A program made the translations under genes and the position numbers. This document shows positions 31,355 through 43,693 of a stretch of DNA of 64,000 nucleotides, piece by piece. This DNA is from an uncultured Verrucomicrobiae bacterium (lineage in GTDB: Bacteria; Verrucomicrobiota; Verrucomicrobiia; Chthoniobacterales; UBA10450): assembly GCA_963772365.1 (NCBI GenBank), contig CAVYXA010000001.1, forward strand, positions 832,001 through 896,000, in the 5' to 3' direction. Within the stretch, counting starts at the first letter, position 1; every line of letters starts with the position of its first letter. The notes under the pieces were generated by a model, which had not been told where the DNA came from, did not search any database, and was given only the letters and a program-made list of their open reading frames with translations.

Positions 31355-32281
31355 TCATTGGCCGAATTCCTCGCGAGTGCTGGCTGAAACACGTTTCCGT
31401 TTCGGCACGATCTTCAGTTGCTTCTCCTCATAATAAACAAGCGAATCGGGCGGGACGCTCTGAACGAGAAACACGTTGCCGCCGATTGTAGATCTTGCGC
31501 CGATCACCGTTCCCCCGCCAAGGATCGTCGAGTTCGGATAAATCGTCACGTCGTCCTCGACCGTCGGATGCCGTTTGCCGCCCTTCTTGATCTTGCCATG
31601 CTCGTCTTTTTGAAAACTGCGCGCTCCGAGCGTGACGCTGTGGTAAAGCTTTACTCGCGACCCGATCTCGCAGCTTTCACCAATCACGACACCGGTCCCG
31701 TGATCGATAAAGAAATGCGACCCGATCTTCGCTCCGGGATGAATGTCGATCCCGGTCCGGCTGTGAGCCCATTCGGTCATGATCCGCGGAATTAACGGCA
31801 ACCCTTTTTCGTAAAGCACATGCGCCATTCGCTGGATCGTGATCGCTTCCAGCGCCGGATACGCCAGAATGATTTCTTCGTAGCTCGTCGCCGCCGGATC
31901 ACCTTCATAGGCAGCATCGATATCTGTCCACAAGATGCGACGCAGCCGCGGCAGTTCTGTGAAAAACGCTTTCAAAAATTCTTCCGCCTTCGCTTCAGTT
32001 GCCTGGTCAGGCGGGATTTTGCCGAGGCTGCGGCAGATTTCCGTTTTCAGTCGGGCATGCAAACTTCGGACGCGGTCCCGCGTGACATCCGCCAGATCGG
32101 ACGAGTTCACTAGCGCTTCACTGCGAAACCCGGGAAACATCAGGCTCATCAACTCCGCGCAGGCCGCTTCGACCGAAAGCCGGGACGGCAGATTGCCGGC
32201 CGCTTCGAGATAGTTAATCCCACCTGTCTCCCCATAAGTCTCCAGAAGTTCGTCAACGGCGCCACGAGTCGTCGTTTGCAT
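31355..32281 (-). CDS. cysE: Serine O-acetyltransferase
   Basis: AAYEGDPAA, TGIDIHPGA.IG..FFIDHGTGVVIGE, KRHPT. Confidence 0.92.
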   Translation of the reverse strand: MQTTTRGAVDELLETYGETGGINYLEAAGNLPSRLSVEAACAELMSLMFPGFRSEALVNSSDLADVTRDRVRSLHARLKTEICRSLGKIPPDQATEAKAEEFLKAFFTELPRLRRILWTDIDAAYEGDPAATSYEEIILAYPALEAITIQRMAHVLYEKGLPLIPRIMTEWAHSRTGIDIHPGAKIGSHFFIDHGTGVVIGESCEIGSRVKLYHSVTLGARSFQKDEHGKIKKGGKRHPTVEDDVTIYPNSTILGGGTVIGARSTIGGNVFLVQSVPPDSLVYYEEKQLKIVPKRKRVSASTREEFGQ

Positions 32282-32387
32282 TATGGGCAAAAGTATCCGA
32301 CGCAGAATAAGCAAGCAAAGTGAATCGTTGAAGGGGAAAGGCTAGATCGATGCGCCCATTTAGCGGTTTAACGAATTAACGAATGCC

Positions 32388-34593
32388 ATGAAACCATTCG
32401 AGATCACAGGCCTTCCACCAGACGAGCTGAATAGTTTTCTGTCCGCCACGCATTCCGACCCGTTCCGTGTTCTCGGTCCACACCGAGTGGGCAATGATCT
32501 GGCCATTCGGATTTTTCGGCCGGAAGCGAAGAAGATCGACATCTTATCGGATCGCGGAACCGATGGTCAGATCGAAGCGGAAAAAATCCATCGGGACGGG
32601 TTTTTTTGCGCGAGCGTGCCGGAGGCGACCCGCGAGCTGGATTATCGGCTTCGCATCACAAACTGGGACGGCTCGGAATGGACTATCCGCGATCCTTACC
32701 AATACGGGCCAATCATGGGCGAAATCGATCTTCACTTATTCTCGGAGGGACAGCACTGGCAGCTCTATGAAAAATTCGGCGCGCATGTGCGGACAATCGG
32801 TGGCGAAACCGGAGTTTACTTCGCTGTCTGGGCGCCAAATGCGCAACGCGTGAGCGTGGTAGGCGATTTCAACAATTGGGATGGACGCGTGAATCCGATG
32901 CGCAAACTGGTCGGGGCCGGCGTTTGGGAAATGTTTTTGCCTGGCATTAAGGATGGCGCGCATTATAAATTCGAGATCAGAGCTCAGTCCGGCGCGCTCT
33001 TGCTCAAAAGCGATCCGTTCGCGTTTTTTAATCAGCACGGCAAATCGACCGCGTCGCTCGTTTACAATCTAAGCCGCTATCAATGGAGCGATGGCGAATG
33101 GATGGAACGGCGCCGGTCGAAGGATTGGCCGCGCAGCGCGCTAAGCATTTACGAAGTGCATCTTGGGTCTTGGCGACGCCGGGTCGAAGAAGGAAATCGC
33201 CATCTGAGCTATCTCGAATTTGCAGAAACGCTTTTGCCGTACGTGCTGGAAATGGGTTACACCCACATCGAGCTGCTGCCAATTGCCGAGCATCCATTCG
33301 AAGGCTCGTGGGGTTATCAGGTCACAAATTATTACGCGCCGACAAGTCGCTTCGGCACACCCGATGAGCTGCGTCATTTCATCGACAAATGTCATCAGGC
33401 CGGCATCGGCGTGATCATGGATTGGGTGCCGGCGCATTTTCCGAAAGACGCGCATGCGCTGGCCGAGTTCGACGGCACGGATCTTTACGAGCATATGGAT
33501 CCGCGCCAGGGCGAACACCAGGATTGGGGCACGCTGATTTTCAATTTCGGCCGCAACGAAGTGCGCAATTTCCTGATCGCGAACGCGCTGTTCTGGCTCG
33601 AGAAATATCACATCGACGGTCTGCGCGTGGATGCGGTGGCTTCGATGCTTTATCTCGATTATTCGCGCCAGCCCGGCCAATGGATCCCGAATGTCTATGG
33701 CGGCCGCGAGAATCTCGACGCGATCTATTTTCTGAAACGTTTCAATGAAGTTTGCTACGAGCGTTTCCCCGGCATCATGACCATCGCCGAGGAATCAACT
33801 GCCTGGCCCGGCGTTTCGCGGCCGACTTATCTCGGCGGTCTCGGTTTCGGATTCAAATGGAACATGGGTTGGATGCACGACTTTCTCGAATACATGAGCC
33901 TCGATCCGATTTACCGCCGGTTTCATCACGGCAATATCACATTCTCGCTGCTCTACGCGTTTCAGGAAAATTTCATTCTCGTGCTCAGCCACGATGAAGT
34001 CGTCCACGGCAAGCGCTCGCTCTTGTCGAAGATGCCCGGCGACGAATGGCAGCAATTTGCCAATCTGCGGATGTTTTACGCGTGGATGTACGGTCAGCCG
34101 GGAAAAAACTGCTGTTCATGGGCGGCGAATTCGGCCAATGGCAGGAATGGAACCACGACACGAGTCTGGACTGGCATTTGCTGCAGGCGCCGCGGCACGA
34201 TGGTCTGCGACGGCTGGTTCAACATCTCAATTACACTTACAAAAGCGAACCCGCGCTCTGGCAGCAGGACGACAGCTACGAGGGATTTGAGTGGATCGAT
34301 TTTCACGATGCCGATAACAGCGTGGTTTCGTTCCTGCGCAGGTCGCGCGAAGGCGAAACGATCGTGTTCGTCGTAAACGCAACGCCGATCGTGCGTCACG
34401 ATTATCGACTGGGCGTGCCGCAGCCTGGCTTCTATCGCGAGATCATCAACACCGACGCGGAAACCTACGGCGGCAGCAACGTTGGGAATTATGGCGGCAT
34501 GTCCAGCGAGAGCGGCCATGGATGGGGCGCGAAAATTCTATTTTGATCCAGTTGCCGCCACTGGCGACTGTGGCGTTCAAAGTGGAGGCGTGA
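32388..34593 (+). CDS. glgB: 1,4-alpha-glucan branching enzyme (3' frameshifts)
   Basis: [57 protein letters not shown]. Confidence 0.96.
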
Positions 34594-34793
34594 GTAGCAG
34601 CTTATCGTTTTTAGGGGTTTCGAACCCGAGGGCGACATAATTCGGTTGCACCTCCAAGCCATTGTAATCCTTCCAAATGGGGGACTACACAGAAATTACG
34701 ATTCTTACTGACGATTTCATGTTTCCCTAACAGAAATTATCTTGACGGCTCCCGCCGACTTTAAGATTCTCGACGCCTCAACCCGCTAACAAT

Positions 34794-35485
34794 ATGAAAA
34801 GAAATAATCCTAACGCGTTCACACTCATTGAAATGCTCGTCGTCATCGCGATTATCGCAACGATCGCTGCATTCGCCGTTCCGGCGCTCACCAGCGCTTT
34901 GACCAAGGGTCAAATGACAGGAACCATGAACAACTCCCGGCAATTATATCTTGCCGGCTATCAGATGGCTCTCGATGGCGCAGCCAATTCGGACGGCAAT
35001 CTGGCTTGGCCTGGTGATTACGGAGCGAGTGTCACTACAGTGACAAATTACGTTGAGAAGCTTCTGCAGAATGATTACCTCAAAGGTGGCGATCTCCGAA
35101 AAGTCTTGAGCGCACCGGGTGCTGCTTGTGTTGTCACCGTTGATAATAATGCCAATCCGCCGACTGTTACATCAGTTGCTCCGAAAAGCGCGCTAAAAAT
35201 CTACAAGGTAAAGGACGCGGATGCTTCGAACACGATCTTCGCTGTAAGTGATAATTACACTTACAATACCGCTCTTGCGAATACCGCTACTCCCTATGGA
35301 GAGAAGGGTTTTATCGTCATGCACAAAGGCGGTGATGGTGCGGTCTTTCGGAAAGAATAACGCCACGGTGGCTGAACTATAACAATGACGGAGCCCAATT
35401 CCAAACAGCAGTTGGCAAGCTTCCCGGCGATGCAGACGGCACTCCTTCTACGGGTGATAATAGCCAAGGCTTGAACAATCCTTAG
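34794..35485 (+). CDS. Prepilin-type N-terminal cleavage/methylation domain protein (3' frameshifts)
   Basis: AFTLIEMLVVIAIIATIAAFAVP; ORF stops at 35360 but the coding-like sequence continues to about 35485. Confidence 0.8.
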
Positions 35486-36787
35486 GCCCTAGAGTCACTT
35501 CGGATCCGAACTCGCCGTCACTAACGCGAGTTCGGATTTGCATTTTCGGGCGGACCGATGCGGCGCTGCGGATTAGTTTGCCGCGCTCAGTCGTTGTGAT
35601 GCTGTAACCGCGGCGCAGCGTCGCTTCGGGGCCGAGCACGCGCAAAAGACCTTCTGCCTCGCGGAAACGGTGGCGGGCATTTTCCAGGATTCGTAAAGGC
35701 AATTCACTAAATCGGCGGCGAAGATCGACGAGACGATTTCGCCGAAGAGCAAGCTCGCGCGCAGGGCTTGCGGGCTTGAAGCGCGCGAAAAATGTGGACC
35801 AGAGCACGCCGATAATTGTCGATCCTATGGCCGAGACAACGGCGCAATGTTTCTCGGGCATGATCGAGGCGTTGCTGCGCGTCGCGGATTCGGTTCGTCA
35901 ATTCACGCCCGAGGCCGCGCGCGCAGCCATCGATTTGCCGGCGAAGATCGACAACATCCGGCACGATCAATTCCGCCGCCGCGCTGGGCGTCGGCGCGCG
36001 CAAATCGGCCACGAAATCGCAAATCGTAAAATCGATTTCGTGACCAATCGCGGAAACGACGGGCACAGAAATGCTGACGATTGTGCGCGCGACAATTTCT
36101 TCATTGAACTCCCACAAATCCTCGATGCTTCCGCCACCCCGCGTGACCACGATAAGATCGACAGGGACAAACTTCTGGTTCGGCGCGGCCAGCTCGCGAA
36201 TCGCGACGGCAATTTCCTGAGCGGCGCCTGTTCCCTGCACCCGCGCGGGATTGATCAGGATCTGAAGCCAGGGGGCGCGGCGGCGCAGAACATTGAGCAT
36301 GTCGCGAATGGCCGCGCCGCTCGGCGAAGTAACGATGCCAATCCGCCGTGGGAATTTCGGCAGCGGACGTTTGCGTTCGGCCGCAAAAAGCCCTTCCGCT
36401 TCGAGCTTTCGCTTCAGTGCTTCAAATTTTGCCTGAAAAACTCCCAGTCCGCGCGGCTGAAGAATCTGGACGTTGAGCTGGTATTGGCCGCGCACTTCGA
36501 ACACCGTCACTTTCCCGAAGACCTGGACCTGCGTTCCATCGACAGCAGCGCCTGGCTCGGACGAGCGGCGCCATGGTGTCGCGCCAAATGACGCATCGAA
36601 TCTGTGCTCGCTGATCCTTGAGGGTGAAATATTGATGACCGCTCGGATGGAGTTTGTAATTTGAAATTTCGCCCTGCACCCAGACCGCCCGGAAATTTGT
36701 CTCGAGCGTGCCGCGAATCTGGCGAGTCAATTCGCCGACGGTGAAGACCTTGGTCGATGCCTGGAAAAAATCGCCGGTTAGTTCCAT
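35448..36787 (-). CDS. xseA: Exodeoxyribonuclease VII large subunit (frameshifted; 3' end approximate)
   Basis: VWVQGEISN..H.SGH.YFTLKD, IGIVTSPSGAAIRD, RGGGSIEDLWEFNEE, SAIGHEID, APTPSAAAE, TLRRGYSI. Confidence 0.93.
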
Positions 36788-36804
36788 TCGTGACCGACTA
36801 ATTA

Positions 36805-36873
36805 ACCACGGCGATCGCAGAGAACACAGAGTTCTCTTGGTTTTTCTCTGTGGCCTCGTGCGACCTCGGTGGT
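36805..36873. repeat. Short-period inverted repeat (CACAGAG / CTCTGTG type)
   Basis: accacggcgatcgcagagaacacagag ... ctctgtggcctcgtgcgacctcggtggt between ruvB and xseA. Confidence 0.6.
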
Positions 36874-36877
36874 GAAA

Positions 36878-37890
36878 TCAAAGAAACTCTGGCTGTGCGC
36901 CAGCGGGCGGTTTGAGGCCGAGCTTTTTGTAGGCATTCGCCGTGGCCACCCGTCCTTGCGGCGTGCGCTTGATATAACCTTCCATGATCAGATACGGCTC
37001 GTTCACTTCCTCAAGGGTGCCGGCTTCTTCACCCACCGCCACGGCTAGCGAGCTCAACCCGACCGGGCCGCCGCCGAATTTGTGGATCAATGTTTCGATG
37101 ATCCGTTTGTCCCATTGATCAAATCCGTCGCGGTCGATCTCGAGCATGGCCAATGCGCGATCGGCCAACTCGGCCGTGATTTTTCCATCGGCTTTGACCT
37201 GAACATAATCGCGGACCCAACGCAGAAGATTGTTCGCTGTGCGCGGCGTGCCGCGGGCGCGAGTGGCAATTTCCGCCGCGCCGGCTGCATCAATTTCCAC
37301 TCCGAGCAAATGCGCGCTGCGCAGGATAATTTTTTGCATTTCCTCGGCGTTGTAATAATCGAGGCGAGCTGTCATTCCGAAACGCGATCGTAATGGCGCG
37401 CTGACCATTCCGGCGCGCGTAGTCGCGCCGACCAAAGTGAACTTCGGCAATTGAGACGAAGACTTCGCGCCTGCGGGCCCTGGTCGATGATGATGTCGAG
37501 CCGGTAATCTTCCATCGCCGGATAAAGATATTCCTCGATCGTCGGTTGGAGCCGATGGATTTCGTCGATGAAAAGAACATCGCCTTTTTCCAAACTCGTG
37601 AGCAATCCTGCCAATTCACCGGCCTTTTCGATTACCGGTCCGCTGGTGTTCTTGATGTTCACGCCCATCGCGTTGGCAATGATGTAAGCAAGCGTCGTTT
37701 TTCCCAGACCAGGCGGGCCGCTCAAGAGGACATGCTCAAGAACGTCGCCCCGCCGTTTGGCCGCTTCCACCATCAGTTCGAGCCGCTCGCGCACTTTCAG
37801 CTGGCCAGTGAACTCGCTGAACATTGGCGGCCGCAGCGAGATTTCGAAAGCGGGATCCGTTTCGGGTGGTTTCACAGCCTTTAAACTCAT
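36878..37890 (-). CDS. ruvB: Holliday junction helicase RuvB (frameshift near 37450)
   Basis: [57 protein letters not shown]. Confidence 0.96.
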
Positions 37891-37892
37891 CT

Positions 37893-38294
37893 TATAATCC
37901 AGATTCTTGGTTAGCACGAGCTCCGTCCCGCGCGGCTTCAGAACGTAATCGACTTTATCAAAAGCATTGCGGATCAGATGCAAACCGAGACCACCGGGCT
38001 GATCGCTTCATGGGAGCGGCCGCGCATTTCATGCGCCGCCGTTTGTTCGCCGTAATCGCGAAGGCGCAGACGAATGCATTTGCGCAATGCTTCCATCGAC
38101 AAGGCGATCGGACAATCATCGCGAAATTGATAGGCGTAACGGATAATGTTCGTGCAGGCTTCATCCACGCCGAGCACCATCAGCATTCGCTCCTTTTCGG
38201 AAAAGGGAAAACTATCGAGGAACTTGCGGACGAAATTGCGCATCAGAGCCAGATTGCCAGTGTGACTGCTAAACTCGATCTTCTTTTTCTTCAT
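37893..38294 (-). CDS. Anti-sigma regulatory factor / RsbW-like HATPase (frameshifted)
   Basis: [20 protein letters not shown], then [17 protein letters not shown] in a shifted frame. Confidence 0.8.
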
Positions 38295-38433
38295 CAAACC
38301 GCGGAAAGGGGAAACTGGACACAGCTTCCGGCGGATTCAAGTCCATAAGGACGAAATCTCCGCGCTGGATAGGTCGCGGCATACGCATGCAAAACCAATG
38401 GACATGCCCTGGAACCACTGTTCAATTTTGCCC

Positions 38434-39139
38434 ATGTGGAAACCGCTATCATTGCTCCCCCTTATCGTTCTTGCACAATCCGCGCTCGCTCAGGAACATG
38501 CACTGCCTATGACGCATTGCGCGTAGTCGGCTCCCGATTTGGGCGCGACTCGATAAATCACATCATTTCGGTCACAGGTATAGCAGGAATCCGCAGCCCA
38601 AAACATGGAAAATCATGCTGAATGATCCGCACGCTCGCGGTGGCGTGCGCGAAATCGAAGTCGCCAATGGCCGAATCGTTTCCGAGCGCACACCGATTCG
38701 GTCTGTGGCAGGTTCGACTGAAGGCGCGACAATCGACACTTCGCGTCTGAATCTCGATTCGAGCGGCGCGTTCTCAGTAGCGAATCATACCGCCGAAAAA
38801 TCGAACACTAAGTTTAAGACTGCCAGTTATACCCTGCGGACGGATGAGCAGGGCGAGCCGATCTGGATCGTGACTTTGCAAAATGGATCCGAGCCAGTCG
38901 GCACGATCTATATCGGCGCAAACCAGGGCATTGTTATGCGCACCGAAGGGATGTTTGCCGGCGCAACCATGAAGGATGTGGAGACGGACGAGGAAGATCG
39001 CGACCAGGATGAGCGCCGTGGAATTTTCGACACCGCTAAATCGAAGATCAGCCACAGCTTTTACATAGCCCAGCATGAGGCGAGACAGATGTTTGAGCGA
39101 GTAAAACGCTCGTTTACCGACTTTATCAATCGAGATTAA
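38434..39139 (+). CDS. Secreted hypothetical protein (frameshifted)
   Basis: Signal-like MWKPLSLLP..AQSALAQ, TAYDALRVVG, then ORF 38615..39139. Confidence 0.6.
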
Positions 39140-39150
39140 CTATTCGTCGC

Positions 39151-39269
39151 GTTCTGAGCGAAGCGAAGAATCTCGAATTATTTTCAGTGGAGGATCGTCT
39201 TAGCAATGCGAGAGATATTTCGCTTCGCTCAATTCGCCACGGGACGAATCCGCCGTGGCGGACATGACA
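39151..39269. repeat. REP-like element with nested 30-nt palindrome (copy of the 3160-3285 family)
   Basis: ttctgagcgaagcgaagaatct ... agatatttcgcttcgctcaa ttcgccacgggacgaatccgccgtggcgga catgaca. Confidence 0.8.
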
Positions 39270-39300
39270 GTAAAAAGAAAATACGGATATTGCTAGATCG

Positions 39301-40244
39301 ATGGCACACGAGGAACAATGGCCAGCCCTGCCGTTTGAGGACTGGAAAAAGACGGCGGAAACGCTCCACATGTGGACCCAGATCGTGGGCAAGATCCGTC
39401 TTGCCCAAACTCCGTGGACGAACCATTCCTGGCACGTCACTCTCTATCTCACTGCTCGAGGGTTAACGACTTCGCCCATTCCGTATGGCTCATCGATATT
39501 TGAAATCCGGTTCGATTTCATCGATCACGAATTGCGTATCCTGAGAAGTGACGGTGCAGTGAAAACTCTGAATCTGCGCTCTGAGTCCGTGGCCAAGTTT
39601 TATCGAGAGGTAATGAGCATGCTGACGGAGATGAAGTTGCCGGTTAAGATCGACACTCGGCCGAATGAGATTGAAAATCCCATTCCGTTCGATCGCGACG
39701 AACAACATCGATCCTACGATCCGGAATTTGCCAACCGATTCTGGCGCGTGCTCGTCCAAAGTGATCGCGTGTTCAAAGAATTCCGGTCGCGCTTTTGCGG
39801 GAAATGCAGCCCGGTGCATTTTTTTTGGGGCAGCTTCGATCTGGCTGTGACGCGTTTTTCTGGACGGCCGGCCCCTCCCCATCCCGGCGGCATTCCGCAT
39901 CTTCCGGATGCGATCACGCGTGAAGCCTACTCGCAGGAAGTAAGCAGCCTCGGTTTTTGGCCTGGCAATGCGGCTGTGCTACGCCGATTTTTTATTCGTA
40001 TGCCTATCCGGAACCGCCGGGATTCGCTCAGGCGAAAGTTGAACCGGCTGCTGCATCGTATCACGCCAAGATGCGCGAGTTCATTCTGCCATACGATAAA
40101 GTGCGTGAAGCCGACTCGCCCGATAGCGTCCTGCTAGAATTCGCCCAAAGCACGTACGACGCGGCGTCGATCCTGGGCAAGTGGGACCGGGCTGCGCTGA
40201 AAGAACACAAACCTTCCTTGCATTCCGCCCGTCAAAGCCAGTAA
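39301..40244 (+). CDS. DUF5996-like protein (frameshift near 39975)
   Basis: TLHMWTQIVGK.RL...PW.NHSWH, SPVHFFWGSFDLAVTRFSGR, EAYSQEVSSLGFWPG, FYSYAYPEP. Confidence 0.8.
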
Positions 40245-40254
40245 TTTCAACACG

Positions 40255-41230
40255 ATGAGTTCCGCAATGCGCAGCGGAACAGGAGGCATGGCGAGAAGTC
40301 AAAGATGGCTGGCGGCCGCTTTATGGCGATGTCGATCGAATGGGCGTAGCCGTCGAATGGCACGATTTCCGGTTGGGACGTTCATTCAATTGGGGCCGCA
40401 CTTTTCATCCGCGCAGTCTGGAATTTTGCTTCAATCTCGGAGGGCGCGGTGAGGTGGGCGCTGCCGCCAAGGCTGATTACGCTCCGGGGAATTCCGGCTA
40501 TTACGCGGTGGGCGATGAGCCACTGCCGGCCTCGCGTCGGGCGAATGATCGTCATCAATTTGTCACGCTCGAATTTTCACGCGCCCATTTGCAAAAGCAA
40601 TTCGTGCAAAACGAGGCCGATCTCGAACCGCAAATCCGGCAGGTGATTTTCGGCGATAAAGATGAAACGGTCGTTGCTCCGACGCGGCCGATGTCGATCG
40701 AGCACGTGCAGTCGTAGCCAGTCTGGCTGAACCGCCCGTTTCAAAGGCGGCCCGGATCATCTGGTATCAAAGCAAAGCGCTCGAACTGATGGCGCATTTT
40801 CTGTTCGCGCCCGAAGGACCAGGAATTTTTCTGCATGCGCCAGAAACGCGTCGCTCGGGAGCGGGTCGAGCGGGTAAAGGAAATATTGGCTCGCGATCTG
40901 GCGAATCCGCCGACGCTGGAAATGCTTGGCCAGGAAGTCGGTTGCAGCCCGTTTTATCTGAGCCGGATTTTTTCCCGCGAAGTCGGCCTGACGATTCCGC
41001 AATATCTTGCGCAATCTGCGCATGGAACGCGCGGCCGAATTGTTGCGCAGCGGACGCTATAACGTCACCGAAGCCGCCACTGAAGTCGGTTATTCCAGTC
41101 TGAGCCATTTCAGCAAAGCGTTTTGCGAGACGATTGGTTGCTGCCCGGTGCTTTATCCCGCCGCGAAGAATGTCGATCCTGAGATCCGTGAATCGAGAAT
41201 CGAAGATCGTGAATCGGCTGCCGATGTAAC
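40255..41230 (+). CDS. AraC-family transcriptional regulator (multiple frameshifts; ends approximate)
   Basis: [52 protein letters not shown]. Confidence 0.85.
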
Positions 41231-41260
41231 GATTCTAACGACTTCAGCGATTTACACCTG

Positions 41261-42790
41261 ATGAAAATCTCCCGCGCCCTCATCTCCGTCTCCGACAAAA
41301 CCGGCGTTGCTGCATTTGCGCGCGCTTTGGAACGCCAGGGCGTGGACATTATTTCCACCGGCGGCACGGCCGAATTGCTGCGCAAGAAAAAAATCCCGGT
41401 GCGTGAGATTTCCAGTTTCACGGCGTTTCCCGAGGTGCTCGAAGGCCGGGTTAAAGACGCTCCATCCGCGGGTTCATGGCGGGTCTGCTTTACAAACGCG
41501 GCAATCCGAAGCACGAGGCGGAAGCGCGCGAATGCGGCTTTGAGCCGATCGATCTGGTGGTGGTGAATCTTTATCCTTTCGAGGAGACCATCCGAAAACC
41601 GAACGTCACGTTGGCCGAAGCGATCGAGAACATCGACATCGGCGGCCCATCCATGATTCGAAGCGCAGCCAAGAATTACGAATCGGTCACTGTGGTTGTC
41701 GATCCTGCCGATTACGACACCGTGCTTGAGACGATGCGCGAGAACAATGGCGAGACCACGTTGAAATTGCGCGAACGACTTGCCATCAAGGCGTTCATCA
41801 AAACCTCGGATTACGACCGGGCGATCGGCAATTTTCTGAACAAAGAACAAACTACCGACGGTTCGTTTTCGATTTCGCTCCCACTGGCCATGCGTTTGCG
41901 CTACGGAGAAAATCCGCACCAGAGGGCGGCGCTCTACGGCGATTTCGAGCGGCATTTCGAAAAACTCCACGGCAAAGAACTTTCCTTTAACAACATCCTC
42001 GACATTAGCGCAGCCACGAACCTGATAGGCGAATTCGAAGCGCCAACTGTCGCGATTCTGAAGCATACAAATCCATGCGGAGTCGGTTCCGATGTCGATC
42101 TTCGGGAAGCCTGGGAGAAAGCGTTCGCCACTGACAAGCAGGCGCCATTTGGCGGGATCATCATTTGCAACCGACCGATGAACGAATCGCTGGCCAAAGC
42201 TATCAGCGAAATTTTTAGCGAGGTGATCATTGCGCCGGAGTTCGATCCGAAAGCGCGCGCGATTTTGCAGAAGAAAAAGAATCTTGCGGCTGATCCGGCT
42301 GGTATCTCTCGGTCAATGAAGCGCGGCCAAAGATCGACATCCGCTCGGTGTTCGGCGGCGTTCTGGTGCAGGATACGGATGGTCCGAACGAGATCCCGCA
42401 ACGCGTCGTGACAAAGCGAGAACCGACAAGAGCTGAACTGGACGCGATGCTTTTCGGCTGGCGCGTGGTCAAGCATGTGAAATCGAACGCGATTGTTTAT
42501 GCCGGGGCGGATCGGACGCTGGGAATTGGCGCGGGACAAATGTCGCGGGTCGATGCCTCTCGCATATCGCGATTTGGAAAGCGGAGGAAGCCGGCCTTTC
42601 TCTCAAAGGCAGCGCCGTCGCCAGTGATGCGTTCTTTCCATTTCCCGATGGATTAATCGCCGCCGCCGATGCCGGCGCGACCTGCGCGATTCAACCGGGC
42701 GGTTCAGTCCGGGACAATGAAGTGATCGCCGCCGCAAATGAGCGTGACATGTCGATGATCTTCACCGGCATTCGCCATTTCCGGCATTGA
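41261..42790 (+). CDS. purH: Bifunctional AICAR transformylase/IMP cyclohydrolase (frameshifted)
   Basis: [82 protein letters not shown]. Confidence 0.96.
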
Positions 42791-42821
42791 GAGCGTTAGC
42801 GCGTCAGGCGGGCAGGCAGAA

Positions 42822-43019
42822 TTAGCGTCTCGCTGAAAGTCGCCATGTCCAGATGCTCAATGTGCCGGCGATGATCACTCCGACGACGCTTACCCACATT
42901 GGGATTTGAGTCGTGCTGATCACGATCTGGGCTTGAGTAACCAGGCGCCAGAGATGGCCGATGGCAACGAGAGCGAAAATCAAGCCCGAAACGCGTAAAC
43001 CAGTTGCTTGCGGATTCAT
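42822..43019 (-). CDS. Small two-TM membrane protein (65 aa)
   Basis: MNPQATGLRVSGLIFALVAIGHLWRL...; appears fused to the upstream ORF only through an indel. Confidence 0.6.
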   Translation of the reverse strand: MNPQATGLRVSGLIFALVAIGHLWRLVTQAQIVISTTQIPMWVSVVGVIIAGTLSIWTWRLSARR

Positions 43020-43060
43020 GGGCTGATTCTTTCCAGAGGTGCTGGCATTTGTCAGCAAAA

Positions 43061-43583
43061 TTAAACGGATCTTGCCCGTACAAAACGTAATCGCTTGCAC
43101 GACAATCCCCAGCAAGGCTAGCGCAGCAAACAGAATCGCCGTGCCAGCAGCGGGAAGAGTAACGACGCTTTGGATCAGGTATGCGCCGACGACGGAGGAA
43201 AGAACAATCAGTGCCCAATCAAATACCAAGAGCAACAGAATTGCCCCAACGATTCCTCCGATCAAAAACGTGATCACGGAATAGCTCATGTGTTGGACAA
43301 AGAATGTGGCTGCGACGGCAGTCGCCAGTTTGCCGCCCGCCAGAAATCCGACAAGCGCAATGGCGAGCTTTTGGAGAAATAAAGCGAGCAATGCGCCGAT
43401 GAACCCGAGCACGAGCGCAAAGGTGAGGGCCAAGACAGGCGAAGGTTCATGGGCAAGCACCGGCGCGATTTCCACACCGGCGGCAAAGCCAACGGCAGCC
43501 ACGCATAGCCAGAAAAGCTTGCGCCCGAAGAGCAGAATGATTGCGCCGATAATCGCGCTCAAGATAGGAAGGGAAGCATTCAT
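43061..43583 (-). CDS. DUF4203-like multi-pass membrane protein
   Basis: LFGRKLFW..AAVGF.AG, ALIVLSSVVGA, LGIVVQ; removing one T gives a stop at 43061. Confidence 0.7.
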
Positions 43584-43693
43584 AGACTAGTTCCCTGCAC
43601 GGTTGAATCTTCGGCCATTGCTGCTCAAAGCCAAGTCTTGCTCTCTTTCAAAAAGATTGCCTGAAAACGCCAGGGCTGAGTTAAGATGCGGAC

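Noticed and set aside
34612..34690. tRNA-like sequence (ggtttcgaaccc)
   Set aside because: Only a T-arm-like fragment; no cloverleaf could be built.
37372..38297. RsbW-RuvB fusion suggested by ORF 37372..37983
   Set aside because: Best explained by indels in an error-rich zone; ruvB has its own ATG at 37890.
41110..42066. Long antisense ORFs (also 48276..49292, 23871..24734, 35776..36591, 20823..21644)
   Set aside because: Shadow ORFs opposite well-supported genes in GC-rich DNA, with no recognisable motifs.
42822..43583. Single 253-aa membrane protein
   Set aside because: A one-base correction gives a stop at 43061 and a separate small gene starting at 43019.
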